Source of the DNA: an uncultured Nitrososphaerota archaeon
GTDB taxonomy: Archaea > Thermoproteota > Methanomethylicia > Culexarchaeales > Culexmicrobiaceae
Assembly (NCBI GenBank): GCA_964497155.1
Contig: CAZCCB010000002.1
Span: forward strand, 1-38,241
DNA length: 38,241 nucleotides
Direction: 5' to 3'
The position numbers were made by a program, and so were the translations under genes. The first letter of the stretch is position 1; every line of letters starts with the position of its first letter. Below, piece after piece: positions 19,356 through 29,607 of the stretch. Below the pieces are notes generated by a model. That model saw nothing but the letters and a program-made list of their open reading frames with translations. It was not told the origin of the DNA and searched no databases.

Positions 19356-19613
19356 TTGCGAGGGACGAACTTGAAAAGTCTTCAACCTCTAAGACTTCTT
19401 AACCGTGCTATAAATAGTAGGGTTCTTGTAAAATTAAAAAGTGGATATGAATATACAGGCATTCTTGAAAGATGCGATAATTGTATGAATCTTATTCTAA
19501 TAGATGCTGAAGAACTAAATAATGGGGATCCAGTAGCGAGATATGGCAGAATATTCATTAGGGGCAACAATATACTGTATATTAAGCTGGAAACGCCAAT
19601 AGTCAGTACTTAA
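19356..19613 (+). CDS. Sm-like (LSm/SmAP) protein
   Basis: It has the Sm1/Sm2 pattern (VLVKLKSGYEYTGILERCDNCMNLILIDAEE...IFIRGNNILYI). There are only TTG starts (19356 or 19371). An AT-rich TATA-like element (TATATATATTA, about 19314..19324) lies about 35 nt upstream. Confidence 0.8.
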   Translation: MRGTNLKSLQPLRLLNRAINSRVLVKLKSGYEYTGILERCDNCMNLILIDAEELNNGDPVARYGRIFIRGNNILYIKLETPIVST

Positions 19614-20029
19614 CTTAAAAGTGATTCACGAATCTCAGTAATTAAGCCCTCAACAGGTAAGCCATAATTGCTTAGCTTCCTCTCTATAATAGGTCTAACT
19701 ATTTCGGCATAATTACTATAGACACACCATAAGTTAACTCCATTAAGTTTCTGGCAACCTACTAAATATTTAATAGGTTCATTTAGAATTGAAGCTTCAA
19801 TTTCCTTTAATTCATTATCATTAGAGAAAGTTTCGGGTTTTGACACATAAATATCGCATGGAGGATAATCATCAGGTTCAGAGCAATACTCATAAACAAC
19901 TAATCCATCTGTAAATCTCAATGTAACGGCTCTATTATAGGAATCTATAATGAAACATATTGTATCTGGTTTTAATTGTTCAAGAATTTTCTCACATTTA
20001 TCCCAGGTATCAATAGTTACCAGTAACAT
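19610..20029 (-). CDS. hypothetical protein
   Basis: 139-aa ORF that fills the gap. I recognise no motifs. Confidence 0.4.
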   Translation of the reverse strand: MLLVTIDTWDKCEKILEQLKPDTICFIIDSYNRAVTLRFTDGLVVYEYCSEPDDYPPCDIYVSKPETFSNDNELKEIEASILNEPIKYLVGCQKLNGVNLWCVYSNYAEIVRPIIERKLSNYGLPVEGLITEIRESLLS

Positions 20030-20152
20030 TATAATCCCTCACAACACTAATGGGGAACTTTAGTATATAATGGTTATTGATTTCCAGTAAATGGTAAACC
20101 TTAAATTCATAAAGCATAATTTAAAGCTTCAGAAATAGTAGGTGTGTGAGAG

Positions 20153-21373
20153 ATGGATAAAAAGCGTAGTATAAACATTGAAGAGTTACATCAACAATCA
20201 ATCGAGGAACTAAATACCGAAATTGTTGAGAGAAAAGGTTTGGGACATCCTGATTATATTGCTGATGCAGCTGCTGAGAGTGTTAGTCTTGCATTATCAA
20301 AATATTATTTAAAGGAATTTGGTGCAATTCTTCATCATAATGTAGATAAAGGTTTAGTTGTTGGGGGTAGAGCTTCACCAACTTTTGGTGGGGGATTTGT
20401 TGAAGAACCAATTTACATAATTATAGCTGGGAGAGCAACGAATCAGGTTATTAAGGAAAAGGAAATAGTGAGAATCCCTGTTGGTTATATAGCCATTAAT
20501 GCAATTAGAGAGTTCATTAAAAATAACTTTAGATTTTTAGATCCAGATGAACACATAGTTATTGATTATAAAATAAGACCTGGATCAGTAGATTTAGTAA
20601 GCTTATTTGAAATGGGTAAGAAAATTCCATTAGCTAATGACACTTCATTTGGAGTATGCTTCGCACCTTTAAGTCAAACAGAAAAATTGGTTTTTGAAAC
20701 CGAAAAATATTTGAATTCGAAAAAATTAAAGAAGGAGCTTCCAGAAGTTGGTGAAGATATTAAAGTTATGGGATTAAGGAGAGGAAAGAAAATTGAACTT
20801 ACTATTGCAGCTGCAATGATAAGTAAATTAATTCCAGATTTAGATCATTACCTGAGTGTAAAAGAGGAGATAAAGAGAAGAATTGAAGATTTAGCTGCGA
20901 AAATAACCAATTATCCAGTTGAAGTTAAAGTTAATGCTGCTGATAAACCAGATAAGGGCATTGTATACTTAACGGTAACAGGAACTTCAGCTGAAAGTGG
21001 AGATGATGGAAATACTGGTAGGGGTAATAGGGTTAATGGTTTAATTACACCATGTAGGCCAATGTCAATGGAAGCAACAGCAGGTAAAAATCCAGTAAGC
21101 CATGTAGGGAAAATATATAATGTTGTAGCTAAGATAATTGCAAATAGAATTTACGAAGAAGTTAAGGGAATAAGGGAAGTTTATGTAAAAGTTTTAGGTA
21201 GAATTGGGCAGCCAATAGACATTCCAATGCATGTTGATATTCAATTAATTTTAGAACCAGAATATAAGCTATCTACTGTTAAGGGGGATATTGAGGGTAT
21301 AGTTAATGAAGAATTAGATAATATAACGAGAATTACTCAATTAGTTCTTCAAGGTGAGATTGAGATCTTTTAA
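20153..21373 (+). CDS. mat: archaeal-type S-adenosylmethionine synthetase
   Basis: 406 aa with the archaeal MAT signature region ERKGLGHPDYIADA and GTSAESGDDGNTGRGNR. Confidence 0.9.
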   Translation: MDKKRSINIEELHQQSIEELNTEIVERKGLGHPDYIADAAAESVSLALSKYYLKEFGAILHHNVDKGLVVGGRASPTFGGGFVEEPIYIIIAGRATNQVIKEKEIVRIPVGYIAINAIREFIKNNFRFLDPDEHIVIDYKIRPGSVDLVSLFEMGKKIPLANDTSFGVCFAPLSQTEKLVFETEKYLNSKKLKKELPEVGEDIKVMGLRRGKKIELTIAAAMISKLIPDLDHYLSVKEEIKRRIEDLAAKITNYPVEVKVNAADKPDKGIVYLTVTGTSAESGDDGNTGRGNRVNGLITPCRPMSMEATAGKNPVSHVGKIYNVVAKIIANRIYEEVKGIREVYVKVLGRIGQPIDIPMHVDIQLILEPEYKLSTVKGDIEGIVNEELDNITRITQLVLQGEIEIF

Positions 21374-23435
21374 GTTCCTCAATTCTTTCTTTACGATATT
21401 TCATAAATAATTCTTGAATTCTAGCTCTCTCCTCTTCCTCAATTATATGGGTTAAACGTTCTTTAATTTCCCTAGAAATTCTATTTAATAACTGTAGGTC
21501 TGCGAATGGTAGATCATCTATCCAAACAATTTCCAATTCATTCTGATTAATGAATGGAATTGCATATTTTTTAAGTAAATGTTTAACATGTAATGGTGGT
21601 TCTGATTTACCGATTATGCATTTAATCTTTATTTGAGAGAGTTTTTTAATTGCAGTTGTATCGGCTGTGCTAAGATCTTTTACATAGACTGCATCATCTT
21701 TGCTGATATTCATTAGGGAAATACCTTTCAATACATCATCTTTAGTTAAGTTCTTTATTGGTTTTAAAACTATTATTTCACCTCTAACAAGTTTATAGAT
21801 CACTTTTTTCCAGTTATTAATTTTCTTTTCTAATTCATTTTTCTCTCTACTTAATTTGTCAATAGAAGTTTTTAATGATGTAATTCTCGATTTCAATGAA
21901 ACAATTTCACGCTCCTTCCTAAGTTTAATGGCAATCTCACTTTGAAGAAAGCGTATAACATCTTCTAATTCTCTAATTTTATTTTCGAGCTCTTTAATCT
22001 TAGTCAATAACTGATCTCTTTGAGAAATTAATGATTGAACTTTTTGCCTTTCAATTTTTAATTTCTCCCTTAATTCACATATAATCTTCTTATCAACTTT
22101 TCTCTCGGGTTTTACGGTTTCATACTTAATAGGTATCTCTTTAACTTCCTTTAAGCCCTCGGACCTCAAAATTTCAATTGCATTCCTAATACTGTGTCCC
22201 TGAACAATTAATGCCCTAAGCTTTCTAAATGAAATTTTTGCTCCAAGTTCCCTAGCATGAGCTTCAGCTTGTTCAAATTTATTTCTATAATGCATGAATG
22301 CCTTAATTGCAGCTGCAAGTGCATCTCTCTTATGAGAATCCAATGAAACATTAATGTTAGGCTTAAATTCATCAAAATATTTCTTTAATATTTCCTGCTT
22401 TTCCTCAAATGTTAAATTTCGCAATGGAGTATAAATAGAAGCATGAAGCATAGATGCCAATTTCTCTATAAATGATGGTGGAGGATGAACATCAGATGCT
22501 ATTAATATTGGATTTCCATATTCCATTAAAATGGAAATTAAATCACCTCTACTTAAATGTCTCTTACTGAATACAGTTATTAATTCTCCATAAACATTGA
22601 GCACGGCAACCCCAGTAACCATTCCAGGATCTACACCTACGATTAAATACTCTCTAAATGAAGTATCAATTGAATACTCACCAGATAGAGGAGTAAAGCT
22701 TAATTTGGATGAAGGCTTAAGCATAACTTTAACTTGAACATCACCTTCCTTAACATTTTTAACTAATTGTCTAACTAAATCATACGATGCATAAACTATA
22801 AAAAGGCAATTTTCTAAACCATACCTACTCTTCCTAAAAAATATGTCATAATCAAACTCATTTGAATCTAAAATACATTTAATTTCTCTAGCTACCCTCA
22901 ATATTGAAGTCCTAATTTTCCTCTTAAATCTATCCTCACTCATTCCACCCTCTCCAGGACGTCTACGCCTACAAACAATTATTCTAACTTCACCCTTCGA
23001 TGGAGAAACTATAAAACCTATACCCTTTGAAGCTAATCTTGCAGCTACTTCGGCAGATTGCATTGGAGATAATTTTTGTGAATGTGATATTAACCTATGT
23101 TGATAGGCTAATTGAGACAATGATTTAAAACCAGTTTTAGGTGAACCAGTTACTTGCACTAACTTGACATTTGAAGGTAGCATGGAAATAAACTTTAAAA
23201 GTTTACCAATTGTAGGTGCCAATTCATATATATTATCAATAGCTAAGAAATTTGGTTTTATCTTCCAGATTAGATTTAATAAACGCCTCTTGCTAACTTC
23301 TTCCATACGAGAAATAATCTTACCATTTGAAAAAATTGCTATGGAGTATTTAGGTTGAGCAGAGCTTTCTGGAGAGCTCATTGGCATTAAATCGACACCA
23401 AGTATTACGATGTCCCTTCCATTCAAAATTATCAC
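21333..23435 (-). CDS. DUF460 (COG2433-like) protein: predicted RNase H-fold nuclease domains plus a long coiled coil
   Basis: 700 aa with a GTG start. It has an N-terminal ILGVD segment and a second LIVGVDPGMVTGVAVL RuvC/YqgF-like segment, with a central heptad-rich region (EKLKIERQKVQSLISQRDQLLTKIKELENKIRELED...). Confidence 0.6.
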   Translation of the reverse strand: MIILNGRDIVILGVDLMPMSSPESSAQPKYSIAIFSNGKIISRMEEVSKRRLLNLIWKIKPNFLAIDNIYELAPTIGKLLKFISMLPSNVKLVQVTGSPKTGFKSLSQLAYQHRLISHSQKLSPMQSAEVAARLASKGIGFIVSPSKGEVRIIVCRRRRPGEGGMSEDRFKRKIRTSILRVAREIKCILDSNEFDYDIFFRKSRYGLENCLFIVYASYDLVRQLVKNVKEGDVQVKVMLKPSSKLSFTPLSGEYSIDTSFREYLIVGVDPGMVTGVAVLNVYGELITVFSKRHLSRGDLISILMEYGNPILIASDVHPPPSFIEKLASMLHASIYTPLRNLTFEEKQEILKKYFDEFKPNINVSLDSHKRDALAAAIKAFMHYRNKFEQAEAHARELGAKISFRKLRALIVQGHSIRNAIEILRSEGLKEVKEIPIKYETVKPERKVDKKIICELREKLKIERQKVQSLISQRDQLLTKIKELENKIRELEDVIRFLQSEIAIKLRKEREIVSLKSRITSLKTSIDKLSREKNELEKKINNWKKVIYKLVRGEIIVLKPIKNLTKDDVLKGISLMNISKDDAVYVKDLSTADTTAIKKLSQIKIKCIIGKSEPPLHVKHLLKKYAIPFINQNELEIVWIDDLPFADLQLLNRISREIKERLTHIIEEEERARIQELFMKYRKERIEELKRSQSHLEELIE

Positions 23436-23459
23436 TTCAATAAGAATGTGTAAGTCAAA

Positions 23460-24359
23460 TTAATTAATTTGACTTACATTACCAATTACATATTCTATAA
23501 CTCCATTCAAATTAGTTTTAATCTTAAATCTCCTCCTAAAAAAATTAATTATATTCATTAAGTCTCTTCTTAATAGGTTAAATGCACTTGGATGATTCGC
23601 ATATACAAATTGAGGCCAGTCAATTATTAATGGTTCAATATCTGGAGTAACTATAATGTTGTATTCAGATAAGTCTCCATGAACTATTCCAGCATCTCTA
23701 AAACACCTTCTAATTTCATTTATTATTTCAAGCAGAAAAGCATATGGATCTGGAAGATAATCACATACGTATAATGGATCACCATCAATAAATCCCATAA
23801 CTACTACATGTCTATTCCAAGCAATAGGCTTAGGAACCCTAACGTTAAAAGTGTATAGTTTAGTTAAAGCTTCATATTCCTTTCTCGCAGCTATTTTAGC
23901 TTGAAAAAGCCATGAAATTTTATCCCTATCTGCAATGTATGATCTAACTCGCCTAGTTTTTTTAAAGCTTAATCTACCAAGCCTGTGAAATTTAATTGCA
24001 ACTCTCTCATTAGCAGGAGTAAGAGCATCATAGACATCAGCTTCCTTTCCAACGCCAAGAGGTTTACCAATTGCTTCAATATATCCTGAATCAACCAGAT
24101 ACTTTAAGGCCAGACAGTCATAACCCCAAGTAGTTAAGGAATATCCTTCATAAGCACCAAATCTCCTTCTAACAACTCCTAATTTACACAATTTATTCAA
24201 AATCATCGATGTAACTTCAATATTAAACTTAACTTTTCTGGAGATATAATCTATTGGTACGAATTCAAAAGTATTCATTCCAATCTCTATAGCCCTTAAT
24301 ATCTTGAAATCTCTATATTTCAGCGTTTTAAATACACGAATTGGTAACATGGTAATCAA
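23460..24359 (-). CDS. rio2: RIO2-type serine kinase
   Basis: 299 aa with an N-terminal winged helix and a RIO domain (VAIKFHRLGR, HGDLSEYNI, IDWPQ). The start is TTG at 24359 or ATG at 24350. Confidence 0.85.
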   Translation of the reverse strand: MITMLPIRVFKTLKYRDFKILRAIEIGMNTFEFVPIDYISRKVKFNIEVTSMILNKLCKLGVVRRRFGAYEGYSLTTWGYDCLALKYLVDSGYIEAIGKPLGVGKEADVYDALTPANERVAIKFHRLGRLSFKKTRRVRSYIADRDKISWLFQAKIAARKEYEALTKLYTFNVRVPKPIAWNRHVVVMGFIDGDPLYVCDYLPDPYAFLLEIINEIRRCFRDAGIVHGDLSEYNIIVTPDIEPLIIDWPQFVYANHPSAFNLLRRDLMNIINFFRRRFKIKTNLNGVIEYVIGNVSQIN

Positions 24360-24390
24360 TATATCTTCTCTACGTTGTATAAATAAATTG

Positions 24391-24413
24391 CAATGCTTAC
24401 AAAATAAGCATTG
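24391..24413. promoter_or_regulatory. perfect 9-bp inverted repeat CAATGCTTA-caaaa-TAAGCATTG in the rio2 upstream region; candidate operator
   Basis: Read directly from the sequence. It lies about 30-55 nt upstream of the rio2 start, where a TATA/BRE element or repressor site would sit. Confidence 0.3.
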
Positions 24414-24599
24414 ATAAATTTGGTATTTAAGTAGACATAGAATAAATATTAAAAATGTAAATAGATTAAGCTGTAAAAGGACAATATCAACTAATCTTCA
24501 GAAATTAAAATGAAAAAATAGAAATTTCAAAGACACAACAACTTTAAATACTTTAATTTGCAAAATTAAAATGAAGTAAAATACTGTGGAGGTGAGGAA

Positions 24600-24899
24600 A
24601 TGGAATCTGAAATTTATGAAGAGAATGGTGTGCTCATAGTTAAGGGGAAAGAGGTAGTTAATGTAGCTTCAGCATTATCATCTGAAACTAGATTAAAAAT
24701 ACTTGAATTCTTGAGAGGGAAGGAAGCCGATATAGGTCAAGTTGCAGATTTCATTAAGCAAAGTAAGGCGAATGCTAGTGCTCAAATGAGGATATTAGAA
24801 AAATATGGGTTAGTAAAAACAATGTATAAGCCAGGAATAAGAGGAGTTAAAAAGGTTTGTACAACAGATATTAGAGAAGTGCGCTTGATACTTGAGTAG
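24600..24899 (+). CDS. ArsR-family winged-helix transcription regulator
   Basis: 99 aa with the HTH segment ALSSETRLKILEFL...IGQVADFIKQSKANASAQMRILEKYGLV. The RBS GGAGGTGAGG lies immediately upstream. Confidence 0.7.
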   Translation: MESEIYEENGVLIVKGKEVVNVASALSSETRLKILEFLRGKEADIGQVADFIKQSKANASAQMRILEKYGLVKTMYKPGIRGVKKVCTTDIREVRLILE

Positions 24900-24939
24900 A
24901 GCAGCAACTTAGACTTTGAACAAGCTTAACTATCATACC

Positions 24940-26582
<1,643 letters not shown>

Positions 26583-26588
26583 TTGCTA

Positions 26589-26595
26589 TCACCTC
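26589..26595 (-). promoter_or_regulatory. Shine-Dalgarno GAGGTGA for pyrG exon 1
   Basis: It lies 6 nt upstream of the TTG at 26582. The same motif precedes gatE, the KaiC-like gene and others in this window. Confidence 0.6.
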
Positions 26596-26649
26596 TATGC
26601 ATAAGCCTAATTACATAATTAAATTAAGATAGAAATTTAGTTTAAAAGT

Positions 26650-27450
26650 TCACTTCTCATATTCAAAAGCCTCAGGAGGCAATTTAGCTATTGGAGGCAA
26701 TTCTCTTTTATGTCTTGATCGATCAATCATTCGTTTTACTTTTAATATAACTTCAATTGGTAAATTGAGTTTCCTTGAAATCTCAATTTCATTTAACTTT
26801 AGATCTATTAAATAGTATAGTATTGGATCAATAATATCATAGGAGAGACCTAGCTCTTCCTCAGCTAATTGATCTTTCCATAATCTTGGACTGCTTGGTT
26901 TCTTTAATATCTCACCTGGAACTCCTAGATATTTACCGAGCATTCTAACTTGAGTCTTATATAAGTCACCTAAAGGTAATATGTCAACTCCACCATCGCC
27001 ATATTTAGTGAAGTATCCAATTAAAATTTCGCTTTTATCACCTGTACCAACAACTATCCTATTCATTAAGTTAGCATAATAGTATAATAGACACATCCTA
27101 ATTCTCGCTCTTAAATTTCCAACTGCTACTAGGGCTTTATTACTGAAATCTGGAATACTTAAAGAAAATGCATTTAGTATTTTGGAAATATCAATTATTC
27201 TATATTGGAAACTAAGAGTTTTTGCCACATTAATTGCATCTTCAACATCATTCTTTGGGGTTACTTCCGGGTCAGGCATTATTAGGGCCAATACATTATT
27301 TGGATTAATTACCTTAGCGCAGAGATATGCAGTTACAGTTGAATCTATACCTCCACTTAAGCCTAAGACGAAACCATTAGCCTTAATGGCATATTCTTTT
27401 AAAAAATTTGAAATTTCCTTAACTACGATTTGGGGATTTATTTTTAACAA
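26650..27450 (-). CDS. nadE: NH3-dependent NAD+ synthetase
   Basis: 266 aa with the PP-loop motif GLSGGIDS and the typical NadE C-terminal helical part. Confidence 0.85.
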   Translation of the reverse strand: MLKINPQIVVKEISNFLKEYAIKANGFVLGLSGGIDSTVTAYLCAKVINPNNVLALIMPDPEVTPKNDVEDAINVAKTLSFQYRIIDISKILNAFSLSIPDFSNKALVAVGNLRARIRMCLLYYYANLMNRIVVGTGDKSEILIGYFTKYGDGGVDILPLGDLYKTQVRMLGKYLGVPGEILKKPSSPRLWKDQLAEEELGLSYDIIDPILYYLIDLKLNEIEISRKLNLPIEVILKVKRMIDRSRHKRELPPIAKLPPEAFEYEK

Positions 27451-27500
27451 TTTTGCCCGCTAGAAATTAGATTTAAGCTAGCATATAAAGTTGTATGCAG

Positions 27501-28229
27501 TTACTTAAAGAAGGAAGTTAACTTAGCTTGATATGAAGTTTTTAATGGTAATTGGAAGGTAATAATTTTCCTTACTGCTGGAAGAGAAACATTAAAAATT
27601 TTTGATTCTCCAATCCTAGTTGAAAAAACCTTTGATCTATGAGCATGACCGTGAATAACTATTGTAGGTTTTCGAGAAACAATTACTTCCTCAAACCTTT
27701 TACAACCAAGTTCAGGCCATATTCTCCTATCTTCACCAATTAATGTTTTATATGTAGGTGAATAGTGGAGAAGAAGAATTCTAAAATCACAATCAGCAAT
27801 ATAATTAAATAATTTCTCTACTTTCCTAACTCTCTCAGCATAGATTTCTTTAATATTAGGAATATTCTTTAATTGCCATTTCGTAGGTCTATCTAAACTA
27901 CCCCTACTACCAATTATGCCTAATCTGAAGCTTTTAATTTTAATTTTAATATACTCATCATTAAGCCATCCAACTTCATCACTAAAATTCCTAATTAGTG
28001 AAGGAATACATTCATCATATTCTTCATTTCCAAAACATGCAATTATTGGTACGTCAAACCTATTTTTAATTGCTTTTAAAACGGTATTAAATTCATTAAC
28101 TCTACCTCTATATATCATATCTCCAGCTAGAAGGAAAAGATCTAGTTTTTCATTGAGATTTGAAAGAGCATTAATGAATTGATTTAGATACTTAGGGGAG
28201 TGAACATCAGCTGTAGCAGCAATAATTAT
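27501..28229 (-). CDS. calcineurin-like metallophosphoesterase; true start uncertain (no ATG/GTG/TTG upstream of the catalytic motifs)
   Basis: The ORF-track call starts at the ATG at 28118. The same frame stays open upstream to a TGA at 28256..28254 and encodes KKIIIAATADVHSP...LFLLAGDM, which are motifs I (DxH) and II (GD). Downstream are GNEE, LLLHYSP and HGHAH. Confidence 0.7.
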   Translation of the reverse strand: MIIAATADVHSPKYLNQFINALSNLNEKLDLFLLAGDMIYRGRVNEFNTVLKAIKNRFDVPIIACFGNEEYDECIPSLIRNFSDEVGWLNDEYIKIKIKSFRLGIIGSRGSLDRPTKWQLKNIPNIKEIYAERVRKVEKLFNYIADCDFRILLLHYSPTYKTLIGEDRRIWPELGCKRFEEVIVSRKPTIVIHGHAHRSKVFSTRIGESKIFNVSLPAVRKIITFQLPLKTSYQAKLTSFFK

Positions 28230-28233
28230 CTTT

Positions 28234-28974
28234 TTATTCCCAATCAGATTTATTCATCTCCCTCAAAATTTCCTCTAATGGTTCACCAATTACAATACCC
28301 TTACCTGGAACTATATCAAATGTATATATTGTAGTGTCTATTTGCGACCATCTCATTTTCCTTATATAAATTGTTCTAACAAATTTGCCTCTAATTCTTC
28401 TTAATCCTAAAACTATTATTCCAGAGGCTAAGAATTCTTCGACACCATATCTACTTAGAGATTTAGAACCAGTGGGAATATCGCAAGTTACTAAAGTTGT
28501 GCATCCAAGTATTTCCTCTAAATAAGCCACAATTTCCCTAATGTATTCTCGTACCCATAGTAGATCGCCAGCTCCTTGAGCAAGAGCTGAAATCGGATCT
28601 AAAACCAATCTAGTTATTGGTGTTCCCTTCGTATATTTTGAGATTGTATTTATGAAAGCTTTAGCTTCCTTTCCATGCTTCAGATCTTCAGTTTTCAGTC
28701 TAAGTTCAAGCGGAATCAATTTACCCTGCTTAACATATTCATATAAATCCCAACCTAAACTTGTCACGCCACTAAGAACATTCTCTATCCTCTCATCGAT
28801 TGATACATATACACAATGCTCACCGTTTTTTAATCCATGAAGAATATATTGAATTGACATTATAGTCTTTCCACATCCAGTTTCACCAGCTATTAAGTAC
28901 GTTCTACCCTTAATAAAGCCGCCACCAATCATTTCATCAAGCTTTAGAATACCTGTTGATATTCGATCGAGCAA
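28234..28974 (-). CDS. KaiC-like / RecA-superfamily ATPase (COG0467-like)
   Basis: 246 aa with a TTG start behind GAGGTG. It has the Walker A motif GETGCGKT, and Walker B-like RLVLDP and GCTTLVT segments. Confidence 0.75.
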   Translation of the reverse strand: MLDRISTGILKLDEMIGGGFIKGRTYLIAGETGCGKTIMSIQYILHGLKNGEHCVYVSIDERIENVLSGVTSLGWDLYEYVKQGKLIPLELRLKTEDLKHGKEAKAFINTISKYTKGTPITRLVLDPISALAQGAGDLLWVREYIREIVAYLEEILGCTTLVTCDIPTGSKSLSRYGVEEFLASGIIVLGLRRIRGKFVRTIYIRKMRWSQIDTTIYTFDIVPGKGIVIGEPLEEILREMNKSDWE

Positions 28975-29039
28975 CTTGACACCTCGCCAAATTCAATAGC
29001 GAGAGACAATAAAAATTTATCTATTAAATACTATTTTTT

Positions 29040-29107
29040 GTTGGCGGATGAAGATCTAATTATACATTGAGCAAAGCGATGATGCTCGACGGGCGGCCTG
29101 ACGCCAC
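29040..29107 (+). ncRNA. C/D box sRNA (2'-O-methylation guide)
   Basis: 5'-GUUGGCG-G-AUGAAGA(29048..29054)-UCUAAUUAUACA(12 nt)-UUGA(D')-GCAAAGCG-AUGAUGC(29079..29085)-UCGACGGGCGGC(12 nt)-CUGA(29098..29101)-CGCCAC-3'. The terminal 5-bp stem is UGGCG/CGCCA. It is a GC-rich island in an AT-rich spacer with AT-rich TATA-like sequence about 20-30 nt upstream. Confidence 0.8.
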
Positions 29108-29166
29108 TAAAATTGTATAGAGGAAAATGTTAAAAATCTTCTAGTCACATTATCTGAGGGAGTTTT

Positions 29167-29595
29167 ATGAAAAGAGTTGAGGAACTTAAGAGAAGAGGAG
29201 AGCTCGTTGTTGAAGCATCATTAGAAGCAATAAGAGAAGCTGCTAGACTAACATTAGGTGTAACAACAAAAGAAGTAAGAGAAGATAATAAAATAATATT
29301 CACTTATGAAAGCCCAGTCTGTCCGCCGAGAATAATTGTGAAGGAAATCGAAGCAGGAAAATATCATGTAACTTCATCAAGCCTATGTTCAATACCAGAA
29401 TGTCCATACTGGGAAAGATGCGCTAAAATAGATTCTGAAAGACTTAGAATCTTTGAAATAATATTAAATAAGATTATGGGTAAGAAAACTACAATAATGG
29501 CAATGTATGAATGGCTTCCAGAGAGAGTAAAGGAGGAGGAACTTGAAAAACTTATTGATAGACTAATTAGAAGACCGAAACCTGAAGAATTATAG
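29167..29595 (+). CDS. hypothetical protein with four Cys; first gene of the purA-nudix cluster
   Basis: 142-aa ORF with the RBS GAGGGAG upstream. I recognise no family. Confidence 0.45.
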   Translation: MKRVEELKRRGELVVEASLEAIREAARLTLGVTTKEVREDNKIIFTYESPVCPPRIIVKEIEAGKYHVTSSSLCSIPECPYWERCAKIDSERLRIFEIILNKIMGKKTTIMAMYEWLPERVKEEELEKLIDRLIRRPKPEEL

Positions 29596-29607
29596 TGAGG
29601 GATAAAA

